Below are positions 37,667-48,139 of a stretch of DNA of 64,000 nucleotides, piece after piece; position 1 is the first letter of the stretch; the number at the start of each line of letters is the position of its first letter. Both the position numbers and the translations under genes were made by a program. Source of the DNA: Gemmatimonadales bacterium (GTDB lineage Bacteria > Gemmatimonadota > Gemmatimonadetes > Gemmatimonadales > GWC2-71-9); assembly GCA_035997125.1 (NCBI GenBank), contig DASYIX010000052.1, positions 5,752-69,751 on the forward strand, given 5' to 3'. The notes below the pieces were generated by a model. That model saw nothing but the letters and a program-made list of their open reading frames with translations. It searched no databases and was not told where the DNA came from.

Positions 37667-39235
37667 ATGAAAGAGCTTCTGGCCTCGATCTACTTCGACC
37701 GGTGGATTCTCCACGCGCTGATCCTGCTGCCATTGGCCGGGACCGTACCCGTGCTGCTGGGCGACGAGCGGAGCGCCAAGCGGATGGCACTGGTCATCAC
37801 CACTCTCGAGCTCATCCTGTCGCTCGGGCTGTGGTGGGCGTTCGATCCGAGCCAGGCCGGCATGCAGCTGGTGTCCAGCGTTCCCTGGATCCCGCGCTGG
37901 GGCGTCAACTACCGGGTTGGCATAGATGGGATCTCGCTCTTCATGGTCCTGCTGACGACGGTGATGATGCCACTCAGCGTGTTGGCCAGCTGGACCTCGA
38001 TTACTCGCAGGGAGCGGGCGTTCTACGCCCTGATGCTCACCTTGCTGACCGGTCTGGTGGGGGTATTCATCGCTCTCGACCTGTTTGTGTTCTACGTCTT
38101 CTTCGAGGTGATGCTGATCCCGATGTACTTCATCATCGGGATCTGGGGCGGAGCCAACCGCCTCTACGCCGCCATCAAATTCTTCATCTATACCATGGCC
38201 GGCTCGCTGCTGATGCTGGTGGCCATCGTGGTCATGGTCTGGAAGATCGCCTCGGCCACCGGCACGCTGTCATTCGCGTACGAGCATTTGCTGGCAAACA
38301 CGGCCGCGTTGGGACCCGCCGCGCCCTGGCTGTTCGCGGCTTTCGCGCTCGCCTTTGCCATCAAGGTGCCCATCTTCCCGTTGCACACCTGGCTGCCGGA
38401 TGCGCACGTCGAGGCACCCACCGCCGGGAGCGTGCTCCTGGCCGCCGTCATGCTCAAGATCGGCACTTACGGATTTCTCCGCTTCGCCGTGCCTTTCTTC
38501 CCTGCGGTTGCTCTCTCTCCCGCGGTTACCCATCTCATGGTCGCCCTCGCCGTCATTGGAATCATTTACGGGGCGCTCGTGGCCATGGTTCAGCCCGACA
38601 TCAAGAAGCTGGTTGCCTACTCGTCGGTCAGTCACCTCGGGTTTGTGATGCTGGGGATCTGGGGCGTCTCCGTCATCAGCGTCCAGGGAGCCCTGATGGT
38701 GATGATCAGCCACGGCATCTCGACCGGCGCGCTCTTCCTCCTGATCGGCATGATCTACGAGCGGCGACACAGCCGGCTCATCGAAGCTTACGGCGGGATT
38801 GCCAGGGTGGTACCGATCTTCAGCCTCATCCTGACCGTGGTCGCGCTCTCGTCCATCGGGCTGCCCGGACTAAACGGCTTTGTGGGGGAGTTTCTGGTGC
38901 TGCTGGGTAGCTTTGGCTCCTACCCCTGGGCCACCGGAATTGCGACTACCGGGGTGATCTTCGCCGCCGCTTATCTGCTCTGGGCGCTCCAGCGGATGAT
39001 CTTCAACCGGCTGGACAATCCGGAGAACGAGAGCCTGACCGATCTGACCGGACGGGAGCTTGCGGTTCTGCTGCCACTCATCGTTGGCATCGTGTGGCTG
39101 GGGTTGTTCCCCGGGCCGGTCCTGCGCCGAATGGAGCCGGCCACCCGGCGCTTTGTCGAAGCGGTCCAGCCCTATGCGGCAGCCACGACGGCCCAGCTCG
39201 GAGCCAGCTCTCCGGCGGAGGACGGGAGACGATGA
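37667..39235 (+). CDS. nuoM: NADH-quinone oxidoreductase subunit M
   Basis: FEVMLIPMYFIIGIWGG, KVPIFPLHTWLPDAHVEAPTAGSVLLA. Confidence 0.95.
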   Translation: MKELLASIYFDRWILHALILLPLAGTVPVLLGDERSAKRMALVITTLELILSLGLWWAFDPSQAGMQLVSSVPWIPRWGVNYRVGIDGISLFMVLLTTVMMPLSVLASWTSITRRERAFYALMLTLLTGLVGVFIALDLFVFYVFFEVMLIPMYFIIGIWGGANRLYAAIKFFIYTMAGSLLMLVAIVVMVWKIASATGTLSFAYEHLLANTAALGPAAPWLFAAFALAFAIKVPIFPLHTWLPDAHVEAPTAGSVLLAAVMLKIGTYGFLRFAVPFFPAVALSPAVTHLMVALAVIGIIYGALVAMVQPDIKKLVAYSSVSHLGFVMLGIWGVSVISVQGALMVMISHGISTGALFLLIGMIYERRHSRLIEAYGGIARVVPIFSLILTVVALSSIGLPGLNGFVGEFLVLLGSFGSYPWATGIATTGVIFAAAYLLWALQRMIFNRLDNPENESLTDLTGRELAVLLPLIVGIVWLGLFPGPVLRRMEPATRRFVEAVQPYAAATTAQLGASSPAEDGRR

Positions 39236-40734
39236 TCGAGCTCGACCTGAGCACTCCCCAGGGGATTACCCTCGGTCTGATCCCTGAGATCCTGCTTACG
39301 GGCTGGGCCCTCATCGTCCTGCTCGTGGCCAGCTGGCGGCATGGCAGCGCCGAGGACAGCCGGCTGGCGGGTTGGCTAAGCTTTGCCGGGGTGGCGGTGA
39401 GCGGGGCCGGGCTCGCGTGGCTCTGGGGTAACAATGTCACCCCCGTTGGGCTGGCGCAGATGATGGCGCTGGACACGTTTCGGTACGCGGCCGCGGCCAT
39501 CATCTTGGTCTCCGCCGGCGGAACCATCCTGCTTTCGCTCGGTTATCTGGAGCGCGAGCTGCTCTTGGCGCCCGAGTACTACCCGTTGATCCTGCTCGCG
39601 ACCGCCGGCATGATGTTTCTGGCGGGAGCCGAGGATCTTATCGTGCTGTTCCTCGGCCTCGAAGTCATGTCGGTCGCGGTGTACGTGCTAGCCGGCTACA
39701 ATCGGGGGAACGCGGCCTCAGCCGAGGCGGCACTCAAGTACTTCCTTATCGGAGCTTTCGCCTCCGGATTCCTGCTGTACGGCATCGCGTTGGTCTACGG
39801 CGCCACCGGCACCACCAACCTGTCGCTCATCGGAGCATCGCTGGCCGGCGGTCAGCTCGCTCTCATGCCCGCGCTCGGCCTGGGCCTGCTCCTGATCGGA
39901 TTCGGTTTCAAGGTTGCCGCGGTGCCGTTCCATATGTGGGCGCCCGACGTGTACGATGGGGCTCCCACGCCGGTCACCGCCTTCATGGCAACCGGGGTGA
40001 AGGCCGCCGCGTTCGCGGCGCTGGTCCGGGTGCTGCTGGAGGGTTTCCCCGGCGCGCACGCCTTGTGGCAGCCGGTCATCGCAGGTTTGGCGATTGCCTC
40101 GATGGTGATCGGCAACTTGGTGGCGCTGGCCCAGCGCTCGCTCAAGCGCATGCTGGCGTATAGCTCCATCGCGCACGCGGGGTATCTACTGGTGGCGGTC
40201 TGGCCGGGAACTCGCCTCGGAGCCGGCTCGGTACTGCTGTATCTGGCGGCGTATGGACTGACCACCCTGGCCAGCTTCGGTTTCCTTGCCGCTCTGGGCC
40301 GGGGGGGGGAACAGGACGTGACCTACGAAGACATTTCCGGACTGGCAGCCAGCCGTCCCTGGACTGCCCTGGGACTCAGCATCTGCATGCTTTCGTTGCT
40401 GGGTTTCCCCGGAACCTTCGGATTCATCGGCAAGTGGTACATCATCTCAGCCAACATTGCCGAGAGCCAGATCATCCTTCCCGTGATCCTGGTGGTCACC
40501 AGCGTGATCTCCGCGGGCTATTATCTCCCGGTCATCATGGCGATGTATATGAAGCCGGCGGCGAGTGAGGAAGCCCATCGCGAGGTTCGCCTCTTCCCGG
40601 CGGCGGCCGGGGCCATCGCCATATCGCTCATCGCCGTTGTCCTGTTCGGTCTCTGGCCCCGCGGCGTTCTCGAGACGGCGGTCCACAGTGCGGTGACGTT
40701 GACCCAGACGGCAACGCCGGTCGCCCGCCAGTGA
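39232..40734 (+). CDS. nuoN: NADH-quinone oxidoreductase subunit N
   Basis: GLEVMSVAVYVLAG, FKVAAVPFHMWAPDVYDGAPTPVTAF. ATGA overlap with nuoM. Confidence 0.95.
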   Translation: MIELDLSTPQGITLGLIPEILLTGWALIVLLVASWRHGSAEDSRLAGWLSFAGVAVSGAGLAWLWGNNVTPVGLAQMMALDTFRYAAAAIILVSAGGTILLSLGYLERELLLAPEYYPLILLATAGMMFLAGAEDLIVLFLGLEVMSVAVYVLAGYNRGNAASAEAALKYFLIGAFASGFLLYGIALVYGATGTTNLSLIGASLAGGQLALMPALGLGLLLIGFGFKVAAVPFHMWAPDVYDGAPTPVTAFMATGVKAAAFAALVRVLLEGFPGAHALWQPVIAGLAIASMVIGNLVALAQRSLKRMLAYSSIAHAGYLLVAVWPGTRLGAGSVLLYLAAYGLTTLASFGFLAALGRGGEQDVTYEDISGLAASRPWTALGLSICMLSLLGFPGTFGFIGKWYIISANIAESQIILPVILVVTSVISAGYYLPVIMAMYMKPAASEEAHREVRLFPAAAGAIAISLIAVVLFGLWPRGVLETAVHSAVTLTQTATPVARQ

Positions 40735-40747
40735 GGGGGAGGCGGCC

Positions 40748-42148
40748 ATGAATGTTCCCAAGTCCATCTTCAGACAGTACGATGTCCGCGGCCTGGTGGA
40801 TCGGGAGCTCACCCCGGAATTTTCCCGGGCGCTGGGTCGGGCCTTTGCCACCGTGGCCTATGATCGGCTGGGCCATGCGCCGGTGATCGCGGTCGGACGG
40901 GACAACCGGCCCTCGGGTCCTGCTCTGGCTCAGGGAATTCGTCGCGGCATTGCCGACGCAGGAGGGACCGCAATCGACGTGGGCACCCTGCCGACGCCGG
41001 CGCTGTACTTTGCCGTCTCGGCATTGGGGACCGACGGAGGGCTTCAGGTAACCGGCTCGCACAATCCACCGGAGTTCAACGGTTTCAAGATGGTGCTCGC
41101 CGGCGAGGCTTTCCACGGCGACGACATCCTCGGTCTCTGGGAGATCATCGTGGCTGAGCGGTGGCGGTCGGGCGCAGGCAAGGAAGGCTCCGACGGCTCG
41201 GTGCTCCAGCGTTACCGCGATGGCATCATCAGCCGCCACCAGCTCGAGCGACCTGTGCGGGTGGTAGTCGACTGCGGCAATGGGGCAGGCAGTCTGATCG
41301 CCGTGTCCACCCTCCAGGGCCTCGGGGCCGAAGTGACGCCCCTGTTCTGCGAGTCCGACGGGACGTTCCCCAACCATCATCCTGATCCCACCGTGCCGGA
41401 GAATCTGCGAGATCTGCAAGTCGCGGTGCGGCGGGGCGGCGCCGAGCTGGGCATTGCCTTCGACGGCGATGCCGACCGGATCGGGGCGGTCGACGAGACC
41501 GGCGAGATCATCTACGGCGATCAACTTCTGGTGATCTTCGGAAGGGACGCGGTCCGCCGCTTCGGCCGGGGCACACCGGTGATCTTCGACGTGAAGTGTT
41601 CCGAGGTCCTACCCTCGGCGCTTACCGCCGCCGGCGCAAAGCCCGTCATGTGGAAGACGGGTCACTCCCTCATCAAGGCCAAGATGAAGGAGCTCAAGGC
41701 GCCGTTGGCCGGCGAAATGAGCGGGCACATGTTCTTCGGGGGCGACTACCTCGGGTTCGATGACGCTGTGTTTGCTGCGGCCCGGCTGCTTGAGATCGTC
41801 AGCCGCCAGCCCTTCGGGTTGTCGCCGCTTCTGGCCGACCTGCCGAAGACCTTTGCCACGCCGGAGATCCGGGTGGAGTGCCCGGAGGATGAGAAGTTCG
41901 ACCTGGTAGAGCGAGCCGCGGTCCACTTCGCCACCAAGTATCCAGTCAACACCATCGATGGCGTGCGGATCACCTTTCTCAAGGGGTGGGGACTCCTCCG
42001 AGCCTCGAACACCCAGCCGGTGCTCGTCATGCGATTCGAGGCCACCGACCTGCAGTCGCGCGATGCTTACCAGGCCGAGGTAGACGACTGGCTGGAAAAA
42101 CAGAAGAGCGCCAGCGAGGTCGAGAAGACGGTGAGCGGTAAGCGGTGA
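40748..42148 (+). CDS. phosphomannomutase / phosphoglucomutase (alpha-D-phosphohexomutase)
   Basis: Active-site TGSHNPPEFNGFK, metal loop FDGDADR, GEMSGH sugar-binding loop. Confidence 0.9.
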   Translation: MNVPKSIFRQYDVRGLVDRELTPEFSRALGRAFATVAYDRLGHAPVIAVGRDNRPSGPALAQGIRRGIADAGGTAIDVGTLPTPALYFAVSALGTDGGLQVTGSHNPPEFNGFKMVLAGEAFHGDDILGLWEIIVAERWRSGAGKEGSDGSVLQRYRDGIISRHQLERPVRVVVDCGNGAGSLIAVSTLQGLGAEVTPLFCESDGTFPNHHPDPTVPENLRDLQVAVRRGGAELGIAFDGDADRIGAVDETGEIIYGDQLLVIFGRDAVRRFGRGTPVIFDVKCSEVLPSALTAAGAKPVMWKTGHSLIKAKMKELKAPLAGEMSGHMFFGGDYLGFDDAVFAAARLLEIVSRQPFGLSPLLADLPKTFATPEIRVECPEDEKFDLVERAAVHFATKYPVNTIDGVRITFLKGWGLLRASNTQPVLVMRFEATDLQSRDAYQAEVDDWLEKQKSASEVEKTVSGKR

Positions 42149-42157
42149 ACCGCTCAC
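42131..42157. repeat. 9-bp perfect hairpin spanning the pmm stop codon
   Basis: GTGAGCGGT (42131-42139) and ACCGCTCAC (42149-42157). The 9-nt loop contains the TGA stop. The sequence reads as GAGCGGTA AGCGGTGA ACCGCTCA. Confidence 0.8.
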
Positions 42158-42171
42158 GCTGCTAGGCCAGG

Positions 42172-44625
42172 ATGTCACGCCGCGGTCGGAGACTCACCGC
42201 CGCGATTGGGGTGCTGTTTGCCCTTCTCTTTGTGGGACGCTGGACGGCTACGGTACTGGCCGACCGCTGGTGGGCCGCGCAGTTCTCACCTGGCGCCGCG
42301 AAATTTCTCACCGACTGGCACCTGCTCCGGCTTACCCTCGACCTGGCCGGCTGTGTGGTCGCCTCCGCCTGGTTCATCGGACACTTGCTGCTGGTCTACC
42401 GCGCCGTCGGCACGGTTCAAGTGCGGCGCAATGTGGCCAACCTCGAGTTCCGGGAAGCGCTGACACCCCGCGCCCTCCTCACCATGGTTGTGGTGACCGG
42501 GGTACTGCTCGGGTTTCTGGTGGGCACCGGGGCGTCGGGATGGTGGCGAGACGTCACCCTGGCCTGGCAGGGCGTGGCGTATGGAGTGAGCGATCCCTTG
42601 CTCGGTCGCGACCTCGGGGTCTACGTCGCTCAACTTCCGATCTGGCGCGCCGCGCACGGCTTTCTGGTCTTGCTGGTTCTGCTCGCGCTCACCGGTGTGA
42701 CCGCCTTGTACATGCTGGTGGGAGCTATACGATGGATCGAGCGGCGCCCCGCCATCAATCATCACGCCCGGGCCCACATTGGATGGTTGCTGGCGGCGCT
42801 CGCGCTGGCCCTGGGATGGGGATATTTCCTGGAGCGGTATGAGCTGGTAGCCGGACCGGCCGACCTGCTCGACAGCGCCGCCTGGCGGGCAACTGCGCTG
42901 GCATCGCCCATCCTGCCTGGAATCGCGCTCGCAGCTGCGGCGATCTCGGCGGTCTGGGCTGCCCGGCCCCGCCACGCACTCGTCCTGTCGGTCTGGATCC
43001 TGCTCGCAATGGCCTCAATGGTCGGGCACTGGCTGCTTCCGGCGATCGTGGGAGGATCGGGCGACCCGGCGGTCACGCTGCCCGCACTCGAGCGGATGGA
43101 ACGAGTCGCCTACCGGCTCGACGGTTTGCGCGACATCCAGCTGGAGCAGGCTGGGCCGCCGGCGCCACCAGCGGTGCCCTCACTCTGGAACGCAGCCGCT
43201 CTGGCGCAGATCTTCCCGGGTGACTCCACTCATCTCCTCTCCATCAATCCCGCGGTGTTGACGCCTGAATCACGGCACCGACCGGTATGGCTGGTAGTGC
43301 GATCGGCCAATCCGGCGCGGGTGCTCGCGTCCGCGGTGGCTGATCACCGAGTCAGTCCCACCGGTGCGCCATTGTTTTACCGGCTGGCCGATAGCATGCC
43401 TCGAGCCGTCGCCACTCCCTTACTCGACTTCGCGTCCGATCTCCTCGTCCCTGATGCCAGGGACTACCGGCTGGTTCAGGGGGATGGGCCCGGAGTGCCG
43501 GTCGACAGCTGGCCGCGTCGCCTCTTTTTGGCCTGGGCCCTACAGGCCGGCGAGCTGTTGGGAGACCTCCCCTCCGGTAGTCGAGTCGACTGGCATCTGT
43601 CGCCGGAGGATCGCCTCGGAAAACTGGCCCCCTTTGCCGACTGGAGTGCGCCCACCGCCAGGATCATCGACGGCGAGCTGGTGTGGCTGGTGGATGGCTA
43701 TCTCACCTCGGGCACCTTTCCCTTGACCCACCGGGTGATCTGGCGAGAACGCAAAGTGGGGTCGATCGGTGCCGCGTTCCTGGGGACAGTAAACGCCGAG
43801 AGCGGGGATGCGCGAGTGTACCTGCAACCGGGGGCCGATTCGCTTGCCGCCACGTGGAGCAGAATCTCGGACGGGGTTGTCGAGCCCGCCTTGGCTATTC
43901 CCGAATCGGTGCTTCGGGCCGCACCCTATCCGGCTGATCTCTTCCGTGCACAGGTGCAGCAGCTTGAGCGAGTGCCCTGGAAAGCAGGCACCATGAGCAG
44001 CAGTACGGTCCAGGGAGTATCCGAGGCCCCGCCTCCGCAGACCAGCTGGGCCGCTGACTCCTCCGGACCGATCGTTGTCACCACCTTCGAGTCGAGTGGT
44101 GACCGCCGACTCAGCGCCATCCTCATGGGATCCCGGAACGAAGGCCAGATTCAGCTCACCCTCGTACGACTCGACTCAGCGGCCACGCTTCCGGTGCGCG
44201 CCGTGTTGGAGAATCGCTGGGCCAGATTCCAATCCTACAGCGCCCTCAGCGACTCCATCCGCGAAGACGGAGGAAAACTGGAAGCGGGACCGGTTCGTTT
44301 CGAGCTCGGTCCCGGCGGGCCGGTTGCCTACCAGGCATACTTTGCTCACCGACCCTCGGGAGGAATGGTGCTGGCTTGGGTCAGCGTGGCGGCACCCAAT
44401 CGGCTCGGTGCCGGACGCACGCTGAAAGAGGCGTGGAGTAACCTGCTCGGCGCCACGGTTCCGGCTCCCCCAGGCACGGCCCAGGCAGGCAGACTCGACG
44501 AAGCCCGCCGCCTGATGCAGCATGCCGACTCCGCGCTCAAGATCGGCGACTGGACGGAGTTCGGCCGCACCTGGGGTAGCCTGCGAAATATTCTTGGGCT
44601 GTCCACCGATTCGACGAGATTTTGA
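42172..44625 (+). CDS. UPF0182-family large membrane protein
   Basis: 817 aa. About 7 N-terminal TM helices, then a large soluble domain. Family-like landmarks are LADRWWAAQF near the N-terminus, ERMERVAYRLDGL, and LVWLVDGYLTSGTFPL. Confidence 0.55.
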   Translation: MSRRGRRLTAAIGVLFALLFVGRWTATVLADRWWAAQFSPGAAKFLTDWHLLRLTLDLAGCVVASAWFIGHLLLVYRAVGTVQVRRNVANLEFREALTPRALLTMVVVTGVLLGFLVGTGASGWWRDVTLAWQGVAYGVSDPLLGRDLGVYVAQLPIWRAAHGFLVLLVLLALTGVTALYMLVGAIRWIERRPAINHHARAHIGWLLAALALALGWGYFLERYELVAGPADLLDSAAWRATALASPILPGIALAAAAISAVWAARPRHALVLSVWILLAMASMVGHWLLPAIVGGSGDPAVTLPALERMERVAYRLDGLRDIQLEQAGPPAPPAVPSLWNAAALAQIFPGDSTHLLSINPAVLTPESRHRPVWLVVRSANPARVLASAVADHRVSPTGAPLFYRLADSMPRAVATPLLDFASDLLVPDARDYRLVQGDGPGVPVDSWPRRLFLAWALQAGELLGDLPSGSRVDWHLSPEDRLGKLAPFADWSAPTARIIDGELVWLVDGYLTSGTFPLTHRVIWRERKVGSIGAAFLGTVNAESGDARVYLQPGADSLAATWSRISDGVVEPALAIPESVLRAAPYPADLFRAQVQQLERVPWKAGTMSSSTVQGVSEAPPPQTSWAADSSGPIVVTTFESSGDRRLSAILMGSRNEGQIQLTLVRLDSAATLPVRAVLENRWARFQSYSALSDSIREDGGKLEAGPVRFELGPGGPVAYQAYFAHRPSGGMVLAWVSVAAPNRLGAGRTLKEAWSNLLGATVPAPPGTAQAGRLDEARRLMQHADSALKIGDWTEFGRTWGSLRNILGLSTDSTRF

Positions 44626-44665
44626 GCTTGCTCCTCTCCGGGGCGCGGACTAGCTTGGAGGGCTT

Positions 44666-45622
44666 TTGACCTCGGAAGGCCAACGCACCGCGGTCCTCGC
44701 GCTTGGTGGAAACGCGCTGGCCCGTGCGGGTGAGCCGGCTACGGTGACGAATCAGTTCCGCCGAGCGCGTGAGAGCGTGGCGCCGATTGTGGAGTTGGCC
44801 AGGCAGGGGTGGCGCATTGTCATCGTGCACGGCAACGGTCCCCAGGTCGGCGACGAGCTGGTGCGAAACGAGGCGGCGCGCAAGATTGCCGAGCCGCTGC
44901 CGCTGGGGGTACTGGTGGCGGAGACTGCCGGGTGGATCGGTTACATGCTCCAGCAGTCGCTGCAGAACGCCCTCGCGGCCGCAGGGGTCAAGCGAGACGT
45001 CATCACCCTGATCACTCAGACTCTGGTGGACCGCTACGATCCGGCGCTCAATCAACCGACCAAGCCCATCGGGCACGCCCTCTCGTCCCACGAGGCGGGC
45101 CGACTTCGGGAGGCGGGACGCGCCGTCGGAAAAGACGGGGCGGGAGACTGGCGGCGCATGGCCACCAGCCCGCTTCCGTTGGGTGTAGTCGAGCTTCCTT
45201 TGATCACGCGACTGCTGGATCAGGGTACGCTGGTGATAGCGGCGGGTGGTGGCGGACCTCCGGTATACCAGGATCCGATCCTCGGTCTGGAGGGCCTCGA
45301 CGCTGTGGTCGACAAGGATCGCGTCTCCGCCATTCTCGGCAGCCAGCTGGGCGCCGAGGTGCTCATGATTCTGACCAACGTCGAAGCGGTGTTCGAGGGC
45401 TGGGGAACGCCCCAGGCGCGTCCCATCCGGCGTATGACAGTGGAGCAGGCCGAGGCGATGATCGCCAGCGGTGCGCTCGATGCTGGAGGAATGAAGCCGA
45501 AGATCGAAGCCGCCGCCGGATTCGTCCGGCGGGGTGGGGGACGGGCGATCATTGCCCGCCTCTCGGAAGGGCCCGCGGCACTTCGCGGGGAGACCGGAAC
45601 CACCATCGTGAGGGCGCCGTGA
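44666..45622 (+). CDS. arcC: carbamate kinase
   Basis: VLALGGNAL, IVHGNGPQVG, and a C-terminal GGMKPKIEAA motif. TTG start. Confidence 0.85.
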   Translation: MTSEGQRTAVLALGGNALARAGEPATVTNQFRRARESVAPIVELARQGWRIVIVHGNGPQVGDELVRNEAARKIAEPLPLGVLVAETAGWIGYMLQQSLQNALAAAGVKRDVITLITQTLVDRYDPALNQPTKPIGHALSSHEAGRLREAGRAVGKDGAGDWRRMATSPLPLGVVELPLITRLLDQGTLVIAAGGGGPPVYQDPILGLEGLDAVVDKDRVSAILGSQLGAEVLMILTNVEAVFEGWGTPQARPIRRMTVEQAEAMIASGALDAGGMKPKIEAAAGFVRRGGGRAIIARLSEGPAALRGETGTTIVRAP

Positions 45623-46758
45623 ATCTCCATGAGTACCAGGCCCGGACACTGCTCAAGGCTGCCGGCGTCCCCATGTTCGACGGCGACGTGGCCTCCACGC
45701 CGACCGAAGCCGAGTCGATTGCCCGCCGGCTTGGGGGCAAGGTGGTAATCAAGGCCCAGGTGCACGCCGGTGGCCGGGGAAAGGCCGGCGGCGTGAAGCT
45801 GGCGAACAACCCCAGTGAAGCGCTGGACCATGCCGCGGAAATCCTGGGGATGGAGATCAAGGGACTCGAGGTCCACAAGGTGCTCGTGGTCCCCGCGGCC
45901 GACATTGCCACCGAGAGCTACGTCGGTCTCATCATGGACCGGGAAACTCAGCGACCGGTGTTCATGGTCAGCTCGGCCGGTGGGGTCGACATCGAGGAGG
46001 TGGCTGCCACTACCCCTGAAAAGATCGTTCGTTTGCCGGTGGACCCGACCTACGGTCTTCTGCCGCACCAGGCATTGGCTCTTGCCTTTGCATTGTACAG
46101 CGACTTTAACCAGGTCAAAGCCGCGGCCCGGATCGTGGAGCAGCTCTACGCCGTGTTCACCGGCAATGGATGCTCGCTCGCCGAGATCAATCCGTTGGTG
46201 ACCACGCCGTCGGGCCAGGTGCTCGCGCTCGACGCCAAGATCGTCATCGACGACAACGAGCTGTTTTGGCGACCGGATCTCGGCCTGATGCGCGACGACA
46301 CGGCAGAAGAGCCGAGTGAAGCGGCGGCGCGGCGGGCCAACCTCTCGTTCATCAAGCTGGAAGGCGATGTCGGCTGTGTGGTCAACGGCGCGGGCCTGGC
46401 CATGGCGACGATGGATCTGGTGAAATACTATGGCGGCGAGCCGGCCAACTTCCTGGACATCGGCGGCAGCTCCAGTCCCGAGAAGGTCATTAACGCGCTG
46501 AAGATCATCACCGCCGACCGGCAGGTGAAGGCAATCCTTTTCAACATTTTTGGCGGCATCACCCGCACCGACGACGTGGCCAACGGCATCGTGGCGGCCA
46601 CCCGGCAGTTCAAGGTAAATGTGCCGATTGTCATCCGCCTCACCGGGACCAACGAGGCGGAGGCCATCAAGATCCTCGAGGGCGTCGGTATGACCGCGCT
46701 CAGCGACATGGACGAGGCGGTCCAGCGGGTTGTGAAGCTGGCTCGGAAGGCCGCATGA
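45619..46758 (+). CDS. sucC: succinyl-CoA ligase beta subunit
   Basis: [46 protein letters not shown] overlap with arcC. The track start at 44809 lies inside arcC. Confidence 0.95.
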   Translation: MNLHEYQARTLLKAAGVPMFDGDVASTPTEAESIARRLGGKVVIKAQVHAGGRGKAGGVKLANNPSEALDHAAEILGMEIKGLEVHKVLVVPAADIATESYVGLIMDRETQRPVFMVSSAGGVDIEEVAATTPEKIVRLPVDPTYGLLPHQALALAFALYSDFNQVKAAARIVEQLYAVFTGNGCSLAEINPLVTTPSGQVLALDAKIVIDDNELFWRPDLGLMRDDTAEEPSEAAARRANLSFIKLEGDVGCVVNGAGLAMATMDLVKYYGGEPANFLDIGGSSSPEKVINALKIITADRQVKAILFNIFGGITRTDDVANGIVAATRQFKVNVPIVIRLTGTNEAEAIKILEGVGMTALSDMDEAVQRVVKLARKAA

Positions 46759-47705
46759 GCATCTTCGTCGACAAGAAAACCCGACTGGTGGTGCAGGGGA
46801 TCACCGGGCGCGAGGGCGCGTTCCATACCCGGCAGATGCTCGAGTACGGAACCAGCGTGGTGGCTGGTGTAACACCGGGAAAGGGCGGCCAGAAGTTCGA
46901 AAACCGGGTTCCGGTGTTCAACACCGTCGCCGACGCGGTCAGGAACACCGGAGCGAACTGCTCGGTCATCTACGTGCCCCCCATGGCCGCAGCAGGCGCC
47001 ATCTTCGAGGCGGTGGACGCCGGCCTTCCCCTCGTCGTTTGCATCACCGAGGGCATCCCGGTCATGCACATGAGCCGGGTGATGCCTTTCGTGCGCTCTC
47101 GAGGAGCCCGCCTGATCGGTCCCAACTGCCCCGGGCTGATCACGCCGGAAGCGAGCAAGGTCGGAATCATTCCGGGAAATATCTGCATGACCGGCCGGGT
47201 CGGGTTGGTCTCCCGCAGCGGCACTCTGACCTATGAGGTGGTAAATCAACTGACCCGCCACGGGATCGGGCAGAGCACCTGCGTCGGCATCGGAGGGGAT
47301 CCCATCATCGGCACCAACTTCATCGACTGCCTCCAGGCATTTCAAAATGATCCCGACACCGACGCGATTGTCATGATCGGCGAGATCGGTGGCACCGACG
47401 AGCAGCAGGCAGCGGCGTTTGTAAGCGAGCAGGTGACCAAGCCCGTAGTCGGGTTCATCGCCGGCCAGACCGCTCCCAAGGGGCGCCGCATGGGGCACGC
47501 CGGGGCCATTATCTCGGGCTCCTCCGGCACCGCCGAGGAGAAGCTCGCTGCCTTCGAGAAAGCGGGCATCGGGGTGATGCGGCGGCCGGTCGATGTGGTC
47601 CCGCTGCTCCGGCAGCGACTCGAGTCTTTAATACCAGGAGGGAAGAAGCGTGGCAGTGTCTCTGACCCTGGGCATCGTAAAGCCCGACGCAGTGGGCCGG
47701 GGTAA
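46755..47705 (+). CDS. sucD: succinyl-CoA ligase alpha subunit
   Basis: [28 protein letters not shown] (phospho-His loop). A ~25-aa basic tail runs 56 nt into ndk. Confidence 0.95.
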   Translation: MSIFVDKKTRLVVQGITGREGAFHTRQMLEYGTSVVAGVTPGKGGQKFENRVPVFNTVADAVRNTGANCSVIYVPPMAAAGAIFEAVDAGLPLVVCITEGIPVMHMSRVMPFVRSRGARLIGPNCPGLITPEASKVGIIPGNICMTGRVGLVSRSGTLTYEVVNQLTRHGIGQSTCVGIGGDPIIGTNFIDCLQAFQNDPDTDAIVMIGEIGGTDEQQAAAFVSEQVTKPVVGFIAGQTAPKGRRMGHAGAIISGSSGTAEEKLAAFEKAGIGVMRRPVDVVPLLRQRLESLIPGGKKRGSVSDPGHRKARRSGPG

Positions 47706-48087
47706 GACCGGCGAGATCATTACCCATCTCCAGCGAGCCGGCTTTGTCCTTCGGGCGGCTGGGCTGGTGCGGCTTACTCCTGCCGAGGCGGGCGCCTTCT
47801 ATGCCGTGCATCGGGGCCGCCCATTCTACGCCGACCTGGTTGCCTTCATGACCAGCGGCCCGTGCCTGCCGATGGCCCTGGAGCGCGAGGACGCCGTCAT
47901 GCATCTCAGAACGGTCATCGGTGCAACTGATCCGGCCGAGGCGGCGCCGGGCACCATCCGGAAACTCTTTGCCGAGTCCAAGGGCAAGAATGCCATCCAC
48001 GCCTCGGATAGCGCGGAGAACGCCAGTCGCGAGGTTGGGTTCTTCTTTCCCGAAAGCGAGTTGGCGCAGCTGTGGGGGCAGGCGTAG
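47650..48087 (+). CDS. ndk: nucleoside diphosphate kinase
   Basis: [19 protein letters not shown] (active-site His). AGGAGGG Shine-Dalgarno about 10 nt upstream of GTG 47650. Confidence 0.93.
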   Translation: MAVSLTLGIVKPDAVGRGKTGEIITHLQRAGFVLRAAGLVRLTPAEAGAFYAVHRGRPFYADLVAFMTSGPCLPMALEREDAVMHLRTVIGATDPAEAAPGTIRKLFAESKGKNAIHASDSAENASREVGFFFPESELAQLWGQA

Positions 48088-48102
48088 GCCGAATATTGTT
48101 GC

Positions 48103-48131
48103 TTGACCCAAGTTGTTGTCGCTACTACTTT
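48103..48131 (+). promoter_or_regulatory. sigma-70-type promoter of the yceD-rpmF-plsX-fab operon
   Basis: TTGACC (48103-48108), 17 nt spacer, TACTTT (48126-48131). The yceD ATG is only 8 nt downstream and has no Shine-Dalgarno. Confidence 0.55.
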
Positions 48132-48139
48132 AAGCGGCT

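Noticed and set aside
44809-46758. 649-aa ORF suggesting a large fusion protein ending in SucC. Similar long N-terminal extensions occur at 4320, 12518, 16077, 17574, 18248, 26925, 27631, 29483, 34011, 35195, 39094, 48710 and 58652.
   Set aside because: The upstream parts are out-of-frame read-through of the preceding gene with Arg/Pro-rich nonsense composition. Canonical N-termini begin at internal ATG/GTG codons that overlap the upstream stop by 1-4 nt, so I trimmed the starts.
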